64,000 nt of DNA, from NCBI GenBank assembly GCA_002245135.1, contig NGBS01001171.1:1-64000 (forward strand). Reading direction: 5' to 3'. The notes below the pieces were generated by a model. That model was not told where the DNA came from. It worked only from the letters and a program-made list of their open reading frames with translations, and ran no database searches. The translations under genes and the position numbers were made by a program. The stretch comes from Proteromonas lacertae (Eukaryota). Below, in pieces: positions 13,496-26,730 of this stretch; position 1 is the stretch's first letter; each line of letters begins with the position of its first letter.

Positions 13496-13665
13496 TTTTA
13501 TGATTTATAGACTTTTTAAATTTGGTGGTTATTGAAAATATGAAAATGGTTTATGAAAATTCATTCAAACATTTGGCTTGACTTTTCTTTTTTCATTTTC
13601 ATCAAGATAGAATGTGTTTACAATTACCAAATACACAAAAACAACAATAAAATTGTAATTGTATT

Positions 13666-16600
13666 TTATTTATTATGTTTTATCATGTGAACCATATTAT
13701 CTACTTGTCTTGTGGCAGTATTTAACGATTTTACTATCTCTTTCTTATATTCACTTTTTGCATCTTCTTCATTCGCATCTAATAATAACATATCACATAA
13801 ATAATTTATATCATCATCTTTTACTAATTCATCTAAACCAGCACTTACCATTAATTGAAATAAACTAATAAACAATGAACTATTCTCTCGAATTATATTA
13901 TAAGCTTCACAACATTTCGTTTCAAATTCATTATATCGTTTATCTTTCGTATTTCCCATTACAGCTAACATTTGAGGAGTAAATACAAATTTACTTCTCT
14001 CTCTTTTTACTCCCAATTTCTTTTTGAAGTTGCCTAAAATATGACCAAAATCAATATGAAATAAATTACCTTTTCGAGTTAACATTATATTACTTGGATG
14101 TCGATCACCTATTCCGATTATATAAGTAGCTACACAATAACCAGCACAACTCTTTATAAATGTTTCAACTGCTGTGTTATAAGATCCTTCAGCTTTATTA
14201 TTATCTCTTAACCAATCATCTAATGGAGATTTTACAAAAGCACCTTTCAAACCAACTTTATTCATTATATTATTTGTAGTTTCAGAATCAGCTACAAATT
14301 CGATTATTCCACTATGATCACCTGTTGCATAACAACCATATAATTCTAAACCCAAATTCAACTTTTCTTTACTTTTACTCCAATACTATTCATTCATTAT
14401 AAAACATATAAATAGATATTATATTATTATATATACTCGATCCATTATTCGAATGATTTGGAGTGTTAATTGATCTTGTCGAACATCATCTCCTATCTTT
14501 ATCATTGTTACAATATTTCGACAATCTTTATCTAGATTTTGAAACACTATCTTTAAAGGCTTTTGTTTACTATCCATTATTTTACATTTATCCACTATTA
14601 TATTACTTATCTTCAATCGATGAGATAAACAAAGTTCTGTATTCTTTGGAAAGTTATTTGATTCAATCAATTTTGTTAGTTCATTTTTGGCAAATTTAGT
14701 TTTATCTATTCCTACACCTTGATTTATTGCTTTTCGACTTATCTCTTCAAGTTGTTTTTGTAACATATATTGATCATATAAATGTTCGGCATGTAATGGA
14801 TAACTCTCTAAATAGATGTGAATTAGGATTTTATAGATATTATTATAAGATGTATGTAATTCACCTATTAAAGTCCAAAATACTACATGACCAACTCGAA
14901 TTGGACTGTGAAATGATCGATATAATAAAAATCGCAATAATACATTATCGATATTAGATTCATGTTTTAATGCTTGGATTAACGGCATTATAAACATACA
15001 TAAATCTTCATCAGATAATTCACTTAGTAATTGAACTGCACTTGCTCGAACTATTGGATCAGGATATAATGAAGATAATAACTCGATTCCTATTGAAGGA
15101 TTTAGATTTCGAGTATTTATTAACAATCTTCGACTTTTTTCAGCACTCTTTTTATCACACCAATTGGTCGCTCGTAGTATCTTACAGATTGAACGAGTGG
15201 GAAATCCATATTCATTTTTACCATTCATCTCATTGAAGATAAAATCACTATATTTATTCACTAATTCGATTGATTCTCTTTCATTTAATTCTATTCCATT
15301 TCCACTATTATTGTTATTATTATTTGTATTGGAATTTATATTAGAATTTGATATATTTCCACTATTATTACTGTTATTATCATTTAAATGACCATGAAAT
15401 TCAGCTATTGGATCTATTTACATTAAAAACTATAATAATTTATATACTCAATTTACAGATATTTAATAAACATTCTATCTCATTCTTATTGGGTTGTAAG
15501 ATTATCTCATTCTCTATTCGAATGTCATTTATTACTAATGGCATTGGAATATAGATGTTTTCATTGAATTGGGGAAATTCGATTGTTATTATTGGAGGAT
15601 TATCATTTGGAGGATCATTATACACTCCATTTATTAGATTCAAATCTTTCTCATTATTATTTAACCATAATTTATATTCTTTTCGACCTTGTTGAATTTC
15701 ATTGTTATATTCATAATAAGATACATTTGTACCAGCGATTAAACTGTCTTTTTCAACATTCATCACTTTTATTAAGATTCGAGTTCCTATTGGAATACAT
15801 TTTAATTCCAATGAACTGTTTAACCAGTCACTATTTATATGACAAGATTTTGAATATTCTACTATATATTTCTTATTTATTTTTGTTGATAATATTATTT
15901 CATTCTTTCGATAATCATTTAATACAAATCCACCATACATCAACATTATTATTACATAGATATGACTGTTGTTATTATTTACATTACTCGGTAAATTGTC
16001 AATTCCATTCACTTTGATTCGGAATGGATAACCATCAGGAATTTTATCTAAACTTATTCGATTTTTATTATTTCGATTTTCATTCTCCATTATATTTGAT
16101 AAGTTCACTATTGGATCAGCCACACCAGCTTCAGTTAAACCCATCATCGAAATTGTATTATCATAACTACATCGATGACTTATTGAATTATATATCGATT
16201 CTTCAAATGGTAATAGATTTAATTCGATTGTACTGTTACTTACAATATAATGCATTATATTTGTATAATCGGTTAAATGTTTATCACCATATACCAAATA
16301 TTCATTAAAACCACGAATCTTTAGGATAAAATGCATATTCTTAGGGATTTCATATCCATCTACCTTTTTCAATTGAGATTTTATTCTCTCTATACACATA
16401 TCAGGGGTTGAAGAGGTTGGAATATTTAATGTCAAAATTTGATTGCTATTATTGTATTTTATTAAAATTGTAGGTAAATAGATTGTTATTGAAACTACTT
16501 TGGAGATCTTTTCACTGTTCTGATTACTTATATCTATATAACTAGGATATTCTAAATGATTATATAAAATATCTTCATTCAACAAAATCTTATATTTACT

Positions 16601-17245
16601 TATCCAGTTTCGAAGATTCTTTAATAACATTTTCATTTCTGTACTGTATTCATTTGGACTTCCAACTATTGAACGAATTACTCGATTTAAATCATTTCGA
16701 TTATCACTTAAAGGTAACATTTTATTTACTTTACTCACTAAATTTAATGGATTTTCATATAAAATCGATTTATTTACATTATTATAATAATATATTTCAC
16801 CATTATCTACATTGATCTATTATTTATTATATATTCATTATCATTATATATATATATATACTTTAATATGCCAATTATTTTTATATTCTCTTTCCCAAAC
16901 ACTTACATCACTGTTTATTTCATTATTTTCTACATTTTCTTCACTCTCTTCTTCGTCATTCTTTTCTTCATTCTCATAAGATATTAAATCCCAATCATTT
17001 TCATCTAACAACCATACTTTCAACTTTTTTTCTTCATTCAAGTAATAATAGGTTCCACTTTTATTATAACATTTCTTCCAATTATCTAATCATAAATTAT
17101 TTATTATCATTATTTTATACTCAAAGGAATCACATTATCTATTCTACTCACACCATCCATATCATAATAACCATCATCCACATAATCTCCTATCTCACTT
17201 TCACTCTATTCATATTTATATATCATAAATCTATTTTTATACCAT
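13666..17245 (-). CDS. Class I-like phosphoinositide 3-kinase with two N-terminal WW domains, left (intact) copy
   Basis: RBD-like, C2, helical and kinase regions (KIGDDVRQDQL, GIGDRHPSNIM, HIDFGHILGNFKKKLGVKRER). Spliced N-terminus gives two WW-like motifs. Confidence 0.9.
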
Positions 17246-17377
17246 CAAAAAATACAAAAATCTAAATCAAACAATCGGTACAATCGACATGGAGTGATTG
17301 TTAATGTTTTTTATAGTCAATCATACAAGCATTTATAATAAATATTAATATGTTATAATGAAAATTGCTATTGTTAT

Positions 17378-18581
17378 TTACCAAAACTTTCGAGGAATAT
17401 CCTTCGGCAGTAAGGCATTATAACTTCCACACTTTTTATCCTCTTTCCAGCATGGACTTACTCCTTTAAATTCTTTAACAAACCAAGAAAAATTGTGACA
17501 TTTTAATCTTTCTTTTAGTTTTAAGTTTTCTGATATATCACCAAAATCAACACTTCCTCTCTTTAAACCACGTGCTTTATAAAAATTGTTGATATACTCT
17601 TCACCTAACCAAGTTTCTGCTAGTCTTACATAATTTCTTCGAATTTGATAACCATCAATCTTATAAGGAATCTTTCTAAATCCGTGTGCAATAAAGCATG
17701 ATTTAGCTACCACAATTCTTCCTCCACATAACCATGTTTTTAATGAAATTTCAATATTTTCAGCTCCCCACTGTTTCATTCTTTTATCCATTCCATTCAC
17801 TTCAGTCCACCATTTCTTTGTTATGAAAAATTCACCCATTGTACCGGCACTTATCATTGTACCAGGTTTTGCACAAGACCATCTATGAATTAAAGACCAA
17901 TAAAACCCTGCAGAACTACCAATTCCATGTAAAGCAGAAAAAAATTCATATGTAGTTACATTTAGACTAAATACTACAGGATTTACTACAGTTCTATAAT
18001 TCTCTTTCATTAATCTATAAGGTTCCTCTAGCCATCCTTCTGCTACTTTAATATGGCAATCCATCATTGCTATATATTCATATGCTGCTTCATTACCGCC
18101 TAAATTACGAGCTGCAATCAAACCAGTTCTTACATCATTTCTAACTATCCTCACAATTGGATTTGGATGACTAACTGGAATAGGTGAACCATCATCGATA
18201 ACAAGAATCTCACCAAGCAATTCTTTCGATGTATTAAACAAGATAGAATCAACATTAAAATATTTATTAAGAAAATCATATTGAATTAACTATATATAAA
18301 AATGATATGTTTTATAAAGTAAAGTTTCATTGAAATCAACAAGAACTACAGAAAATTTACCTGGCTTAAATGGTGGACCTATATGAAATTGATATTTTGG
18401 TTTATTATACGATGCTTAAGTTCTTCCTCACTATATCCTTCCCTAAAAATGAATGTTTTAGCTTCTTCAATATCAGGAACTAGTCTCAAAGCTAAATATA
18501 TGTTTAATGGGAAAGAAAGCACAACAAAAAGAATCTATTAATTTAAAACGCAGAAAATACTATAAATCTAACACATTTCAT
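17378..18581 (-). CDS. Polypeptide N-acetylgalactosaminyltransferase (GT27) lacking ricin lectin domain; in IR spacer
   Basis: N-terminal hydrophobic anchor; EILVIDDGS, GLIAARNLG, DCH metal motif, WGAENIEISLKTWLCGG, LKCHNFSWF, then stop. Confidence 0.9.
18255..18308 (-). other. Probable U12-type (minor) intron with AT-AA termini
   Basis: 54 nt: 5' ATATCATTTT, branch-like TTTCTTAAT 11 nt before the end, 3' AA. Removal restores NETLLYKT-VDSILFNT; the unspliced frame has a TAG. Confidence 0.75.
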
Positions 18582-18678
18582 TTTCAAAAATAATAGAAAA
18601 ATAGATTCGTTTCAATTTCATTCTTTTTGTTTTTATTAATTTAATAAAACCCTAACATAATTAAATAACTTTTACAAC

Positions 18679-19539
18679 CTATATAAAAATCGAAAATTGT
18701 CTCTTTTTAGGAGGAACTTTTGTTACACGAGTAAAATAATTTGAAAATTTTACAAAACATTCTTGGCTTAAAGTATTATACTTATAAGGCAAATCACAAT
18801 CTGGAGAATTATCAGCTAATAAACTAGGATATAAATGAAGAAGCAACATTTCAAAATTATGTACAGCTAATTGTCTATCTTCATTTACAATAATATAATC
18901 ACTATGTTTATAGCCATATATCATGTCATTCTCTACATTCTTCATCCTAATCTTAATCATTGTCTCTGATTCTGTATGTCTTGCTTTTAATCTCTTTTCC
19001 AGAGAATCAATAGTAGGAGGAACTATGTATAAATAATTACAATGTAGTTTATGACATGCTAGTATATGTTGCATTCCATGAATGCTTACTTCTATTATTG
19101 GAACACAACCACAACTTCTAATTTCATCTAAAGTTCTAAAACTAGTACCATAGATCGCATTATATAGTCTATCATATTCTAAAAACATGCCTCTTCTAAT
19201 CATTTCTTCCATTTCTGGTGTTGATGTGAAGTAATAATCAAACCCATTTCTTTCACCTCTTCTTGGCAGTCTGGTAGTATGGCTAATTGAGGTTTTAATA
19301 AGATGAGGAAACATATGTTTAATTTCATTTATTAATGTACCTTTACCCACACCAGAAGGACCAGAAACAACCAATGGCCTTATATCAAGTCCACGCTATG
19401 GATTAATAGCTTATAAAATCTATACAGTCGTTATGTGTGATGTGTTCCTTGGTATAAGCGAATTAGAAGCATTAATCCATTTTGATAAGGAGTAAGTTCT
19501 AATGATTTATACCTAATAAATATACCCCCTCTCATTCAT
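18679..19539 (-). CDS. Guanylate kinase; in IR spacer
   Basis: RPLVVSGPSGVGKGT, SISHTTRLPRRGERNGFDYYF, YGTS. Two upstream introns inferred; start uncertain. Confidence 0.88.
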
Positions 19540-19652
19540 AGAATTTGCCAAAGTGGACAACACCTCTCTATTACGCTTTACCAAAAATTTTAAAGTCTGT
19601 TTCAAAGAAATTGTTTGTACTTTGTGGGGAAGTTTCGGCAGACGTTTGACTA

Positions 19653-19700
19653 AAACAATCGGAAAATACAATCACTCCATGTCGATTGTACCGATTGTTT
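19653..19700. repeat. Quasi-palindrome at the arm/spacer junction
   Basis: AAACAATCGG-aaaa-TACAATC-actccatgtc-GATTGTA-CCGATTGTTT: 10-bp and 7-bp stems, 4-nt bulge, 10-nt loop. Confidence 0.85.
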
Positions 19701-19723
19701 GATTTAGATTTTTGTATTTTTTG

Positions 19724-22700
19724 ATGGTATAAAAATAGATTTATGATATATAAATATGAATAGAGTGAAAGTGAGATAGGAGATTATGTGGATGATGGTT
19801 ATTATGATATGGATGGTGTGAGTAGAATAGATAATGTGATTCCTTTGAGTATAAAATAATGATAATAAATAATTTATGATTAGATAATTGGAAGAAATGT
19901 TATAATAAAAGTGGAACCTATTATTACTTGAATGAAGAAAAAAAGTTGAAAGTATGGTTGTTAGATGAAAATGATTGGGATTTAATATCTTATGAGAATG
20001 AAGAAAAGAATGACGAAGAAGAGAGTGAAGAAAATGTAGAAAATAATGAAATAAACAGTGATGTAAGTGTTTGGGAAAGAGAATATAAAAATAATTGGCA
20101 TATTAAAGTATATATATATATATAATGATAATGAATATATAATAAATAATAGATCAATGTAGATAATGGTGAAATATATTATTATAATAATGTAAATAAA
20201 TCGATTTTATATGAAAATCCATTAAATTTAGTGAGTAAAGTAAATAAAATGTTACCTTTAAGTGATAATCGAAATGATTTAAATCGAGTAATTCGTTCAA
20301 TAGTTGGAAGTCCAAATGAATACAGTACAGAAATGAAAATGTTATTAAAGAATCTTCGAAACTGGATAAGTAAATATAAGATTTTGTTGAATGAAGATAT
20401 TTTATATAATCATTTAGAATATCCTAGTTATATAGATATAAGTAATCAGAACAGTGAAAAGATCTCCAAAGTAGTTTCAATAACAATCTATTTACCTACA
20501 ATTTTAATAAAATACAATAATAGCAATCAAATTTTGACATTAAATATTCCAACCTCTTCAACCCCTGATATGTGTATAGAGAGAATAAAATCTCAATTGA
20601 AAAAGGTAGATGGATATGAAATCCCTAAGAATATGCATTTTATCCTAAAGATTCGTGGTTTTAATGAATATTTGGTATATGGTGATAAACATTTAACCGA
20701 TTATACAAATATAATGCATTATATTGTAAGTAACAGTACAATCGAATTAAATCTATTACCATTTGAAGAATCGATATATAATTCAATAAGTCATCGATGT
20801 AGTTATGATAATACAATTTCGATGATGGGTTTAACTGAAGCTGGTGTGGCTGATCCAATAGTGAACTTATCAAATATAATGGAGAATGAAAATCGAAATA
20901 ATAAAAATCGAATAAGTTTAGATAAAATTCCTGATGGTTATCCATTCCGAATCAAAGTGAATGGAATTGACAATTTACCGAGTAATGTAAATAATAACAA
21001 CAGTCATATCTATGTAATAATAATGTTGATGTATGGTGGATTTGTATTAAATGATTATCGAAAGAATGAAATAATATTATCAACAAAAATAAATAAGAAA
21101 TATATAGTAGAATATTCAAAATCTTGTCATATAAATAGTGACTGGTTAAACAGTTCATTGGAATTAAAATGTATTCCAATAGGAACTCGAATCTTAATAA
21201 AAGTGATGAATGTTGAAAAAGACAGTTTAATCGCTGGTACAAATGTATCTTATTATGAATATAACAATGAAATTCAACAAGGTCGAAAAGAATATAAATT
21301 ATGGTTAAATAATAATGAGAAAGATTTGAATCTAATAAATGGAGTGTATAATGATCCTCCAAATGATAATCCTCCAATAATAACAATCGAATTTCCCCAA
21401 TTCAATGAAAACATCTATATTCCAATGCCATTAGTAATAAATGACATTCGAATAGAGAATGAGATAATCTTACAACCCAATAAGAATGAGATAGAATGTT
21501 TATTAAATATCTGTAAATTGAGTATATAAATTATTATAGTTTTTAATGTAAATAGATCCAATAGCTGAATTTCATGGTCATTTAAATGATAATAACAGTA
21601 ATAATAGTGGAAATATATCAAATTCTAATATAAATTCCAATACAAATAATAATAACAATAATAGTGGAAATGGAATAGAATTAAATGAAAGAGAATCAAT
21701 CGAATTAGTGAATAAATATAGTGATTTTATCTTCAATGAGATGAATGGTAAAAATGAATATGGATTTCCCACTCGTTCAATCTGTAAGATACTACGAGCG
21801 ACCAATTGGTGTGATAAAAAGAGTGCTGAAAAAAGTCGAAGATTGTTAATAAATACTCGAAATCTAAATCCTTCAATAGGAATCGAGTTATTATCTTCAT
21901 TATATCCTGATCCAATAGTTCGAGCAAGTGCAGTTCAATTACTAAGTGAATTATCTGATGAAGATTTATGTATGTTTATAATGCCGTTAATCCAAGCATT
22001 AAAACATGAATCTAATATCGATAATGTATTATTGCGATTTTTATTATATCGATCATTTCACAGTCCAATTCGAGTTGGTCATGTAGTATTTTGGACTTTA
22101 ATAGGTGAATTACATACATCTTATAATAATATCTATAAAATCCTAATTCACATCTATTTAGAGAGTTATCCATTACATGCCGAACATTTATATGATCAAT
22201 ATATGTTACAAAAACAACTTGAAGAGATAAGTCGAAAAGCAATAAATCAAGGTGTAGGAATAGATAAAACTAAATTTGCCAAAAATGAACTAACAAAATT
22301 GATTGAATCAAATAACTTTCCAAAGAATACAGAACTTTGTTTATCTCATCGATTGAAGATAAGTAATATAATAGTGGATAAATGTAAAATAATGGATAGT
22401 AAACAAAAGCCTTTAAAGATAGTGTTTCAAAATCTAGATAAAGATTGTCGAAATATTGTAACAATGATAAAGATAGGAGATGATGTTCGACAAGATCAAT
22501 TAACACTCCAAATCATTCGAATAATGGATCGAGTATATATAATAATATAATATCTATTTATATGTTTTATAATGAATGAATAGTATTGGAGTAAAAGTAA
22601 AGAAAAGTTGAATTTGGGTTTAGAATTATATGGTTGTTATGCAACAGGTGATCATAGTGGAATAATCGAATTTGTAGCTGATTCTGAAACCACGAATAAT

Positions 22701-23304
22701 ATAATGAATAAAGTTGGTTTGAAAGGTGCTTTTGTAAAATCTCCATTAGATGATTGGTTAAGAGATAATAATAAAGCTGAAGGATCTTATAACACAGCAG
22801 TTGAAACATTTATAAAGAGTTGTGCTGGTTATTGTGTAGCTACTTATATAATCGGAATAGGTGATCGACATCCAAGTAATATAATGTTAACTCGAAAAGG
22901 TAATTTATTTCATATTGATTTTGGTCATATTTTAGGCAACTTCAAAAAGAAATTGGGAGTAAAAAGAGAGAGAAGTAAATTTGTATTTACTCCTCAAATG
23001 TTAGCTGTAATGGGAAATACGAAAGATAAACGATATAATGAATTTGAAACGAAATGTTGTGAAGCTTATAATATAATTCGAGAGAATAGTTCATTGTTTA
23101 TTAGTTTATTTCAATTAATGGTAAGTGCTGGTTTAGATGAATTAGTAAAAGATGATGATATAAATTATTTATGTGATATGTTATTATTAGATGCGAATGA
23201 AGAAGATGCGAAAAAGTGAATATAAGAAAGAGATAGTAAAATCGTTAAATACTGCCACAAGACAAGTAGATAATATGGTTCACATGATAAAACATAATAA
23301 ATAA
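19724..23304 (+). CDS. WW-WW class I-like PI3K, right copy; +1 frameshift near 23210 truncates the C-terminus (stop 23217-23219)
   Basis: Mirror of the left copy; gatgcgaaaaagtga versus gatgcaaaaagtgaa. Confidence 0.88.
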
Positions 23305-23474
23305 AATACAATTACAATTTTATTGTTGTTTTTGTGTATTTGGTAATTGTAAACACATTCTATCTTGATGAAAATGAAAAAAGAAAAGTCAAGCCAAATG
23401 TTTGAATGAATTTTCATAAACCATTTTCATATTTTCAATAACCACCAAATTTAAAAAGTCTATAAATCATAAAA

Positions 23475-24866
23475 ATGTCAACATATGAATGTGATTCACC
23501 AGTATATCTTTTTTTGATGATTTATTAGGAAATATTAGACACAAAAGAGATGAAAATAAAGGAGTTGAATGAACTGTATAGAGACAGAAACTGTAAAATT
23601 GGTTTAAGATCATTAAGCAAAGATTTATCGGTTGATTTAAAAGCAAAAGATAAAAGAACGAAAGTGTTAATAATTGGAAATCAGTCTTCAGGTAAGAGTC
23701 AGTTTGTGAATTGTATGATAAATGTATTATGATGATATTTAGGGTATGTTGGAGGGATAGTTCAACAAACAGGAGAACAAATAGATACAACCAAATTCAC
23801 CTTAATTAGATTTGTTACTATAAATCATGATACAGAAATTGGATTAAATGCTTTAAGTTATTGGCCTGAGATAGAAAAATTGAAAGAAAGTGAAAGTTTT
23901 TTGGATTATTTTGAAACAAAATTTACTGTGTTTAATTCACATGACTCGAAGTTGGTAGATTTGATAGACACTCCTGGTTTATCTGATGATTTATATTGCA
24001 ATTACAAAGAAGAAGAAATAATATTGGAATTAGTAGATAAATGTGATTTAGTGTTGGTATTTCTAGATGAACATGTAGTATTAAGTTGTAATAAAACAAG
24101 AGAAATAATAATAAAATTGAATGAGAAATATAAAGAGAAAATGATATATTGTTTAACAAAAGTAGATTTATTGAATAGAAATGAATTGGTTAATTGTTCA
24201 GTGAGATTAGGAAGTAGTTTAAGTAGTTTAGGTGTAAATATTGATAAAGTTTATTCTTTATCAATACCAAAGCCATATGAAACTGAAAAGATTAATAATT
24301 CATCAGATTTAAATGAGATTTGTTCAAAAATAGAAAATTTAGTTAATAATAAAATAAATAAATATGAAGAAAGAGTAGGAGAAGATATAAATGAAATAGG
24401 ATTAGAAATAGAAAAAAGAATCAATGATTCAAAGAGATATAAAGATTTCAAATACAAAGAGTTTATGTTATTTGTTTTGAATATGATATTTGTTCATATC
24501 ATGTATTGTAATAATGATGAATATATATATTTAATAGGTTATATTTGTTATACCAAGAAGATAAAGTAAATTTACCAGGAATAAATCAAATTCACTTTTC
24601 AATGAAAGGATTGAATGAATTTGAAAGAATAATATTATATATTTCAGCAATAATAATAGCTATTTGTATGTTTATGGCTTATAGAATATCGAATGAAGAA
24701 AAGAAATTGAAAGAAAAAACACCTTATGATATTAGTTATTATGAGTATATGTTGTTATTGTTATTATTGTTATTATTGTTATTTATATAGAAAAAGAAAA
24801 GAAATTTTGGATAAAAGAAGAATAAATTATTATTATATAACACACAATAATGAAACTGATGAATAG
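23475..24866 (+). CDS. Dynamin/EHD-like GTPase, right copy
   Basis: Mirror of 12113-13495; one S/G change in the main exon. Confidence 0.75.
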
Positions 24867-25011
24867 GTTGAATAATCTCTCTCATTATCTCACTGTTTTT
24901 GTGTAAAATTAATAAATAAGTGATTTGTTAATTGCTTTTCATTGTTATTTATTTTATTTTCAACTCAACAAACAAATTACAACAAAAATATCAAAAATAA
25001 TAGAAATATAA

Positions 25012-26492
25012 TTAAGTTGAGATTGTAGGTTTAGAAGGAGGTGAAGTTAATAATAGTTTTCTTTTCACTCTTTTCTTTTTCTTATCATTTACTGAAGTAT
25101 TATTATTATTATTATTATTAACATTCTTTGGTTCTTTCAAATCACTACTGCATAATAAAGGGATTAAAACTATCTACTTTCATTCCATCTAAATCCCTAT
25201 ACACATACATTAATATATATTATATACATTATTAATTCATTATTATATTCTTCACTTATTGTATCTTCATTTCGATTTTGTCTATATAATATTTGTTCAT
25301 TTGTTGGGATTCTTAATAATAATAAACATTCATTTGTATTTTCATTATTATCACTACTTATTATAATATAATATTCTTTTAATCTATTTATTGGATTATA
25401 GGTGTAGAATAATAATCCTATATTACTATTGCTATGTAAATAGTATATTAAGGTATTGAAATTCTTCATATTATTTAAGTAATTATCATAATTAAAAGAA
25501 TTATTCATTAAAGGAATCTTTATTAATAAGGTATAAGAGATAATACTTAAATCAATTGAATCTAACTCAATTTTGCATAATAATGTAAATTTGGTCATTC
25601 CATTATGAAATAACGAAGAAATAGAATAAGAAGTGAATGGAGGACCATAAATATAAGGTAAAATGATTTTAACATTTATTTCTCTTTTCTATTGTCATTA
25701 TTAATATATATATAAATACTGTTGTTGTTGTTGTTGTTGGATTTGAAAGTATTAAAACTGATTCAATGGATGGTAATTCTAATGAAATCCATTCTCTTGT
25801 CTTTTTTAATATATTGTAATAATCATTTAATAATGGAATTATCTCAATATTCGCATATTCTTCGATTGATCTTTTAAACTCAATTAACTATCAATATTAT
25901 GTATATTATATATATATATATATATACTTTATCTATTTCTATTTCACATGCTGATGATATGTATAATATTTCCAATTTTATACATTTCTTAAATAAATAA
26001 TTGTACAATTTCTCAATATTTTCATCTTTCTCAAATATGTTGGAGGTAAAATAAGAGATTCTTATATCCTCATTCTTTTTACCTAAGTTCATTTGGATCA
26101 ATTTACAACTAACAGTCAATGCCACTGATTCTAATGGAGAGTTGGTCTTGCTTAATTCACTCACATTTAGTCTTAAACAACTATTCTCGAAATTCTTTAA
26201 ACTATCTTTGAATTGGCAGGGTTTAAACATCACATTCACTCTATACATTTTATATAACTCATAGATTATCTCTACTTCTCACTAATACACAAGCAACTCA
26301 CATATTCTTCACATAACAATTCCATTGTACTTTTTATTAACACTGGAATATATTAATCAACAATATACTGTAGTTTTCAAGACAATTCTTCAGATTCTTC
26401 ACCAATTCCTCACCTTCTTCTTTCATTCCATCATTTACTCTTGTGTCAATAATCTGGGCATATAAAACAGTGAAATATACAACTATATGCAT
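25012..26492 (-). CDS. M1AP-like protein, right copy; +1 indel near 25161 in last exon
   Basis: Mirror of 10488-11967; aatccctttattatgc versus aatcctttattatac. Confidence 0.5.
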
Positions 26493-26730
26493 CTTAAAAT
26501 GAAAAAGAATAAAAAAGGATCAAGTTTTTGGCTTGAATGAAACGATCATAATTTTGATATTTTTTAAATATGAAATTAAGTGTATTTATGATGAATACAT
26601 GATGATAATATATTATTACAGAAATGGAGTTATAGAGAGTTTCTGGTGTGTACATAGATTTTTACATAAATTATTCATAAATCAAAGAGAAGTAATTAAT
26701 AAACAGTATTTTTATTAATCAAATGTTTAT

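Larger units (their letters stand above)
1..17301. repeat. Left arm of giant inverted repeat (continues beyond window start)
   Basis: Reverse complement of 19668-37051. ORFs are mirrored with near-constant coordinate sums (17041+19928=15440+21529=36969; 10249+26731=36980; 3446+33591=37037). Pairing stops at 17301/19668. Confidence 0.97.

Noticed and set aside
14463..16308. Antisense ORFs over PI3K, and similar ones over HECT, kinesin, Tubby and cyclin
   Set aside because: Leu/Tyr/Ile/Phe-rich shadows of AT-rich coding strands with no motifs.
19540..19680. Longer guanylate kinase N-terminus starting at the ATG inside the junction hairpin
   Set aside because: ATG GAG TGA stops at once, and the obvious spliced alternative hits a stop after ~27 codons; unsupported without cDNA.
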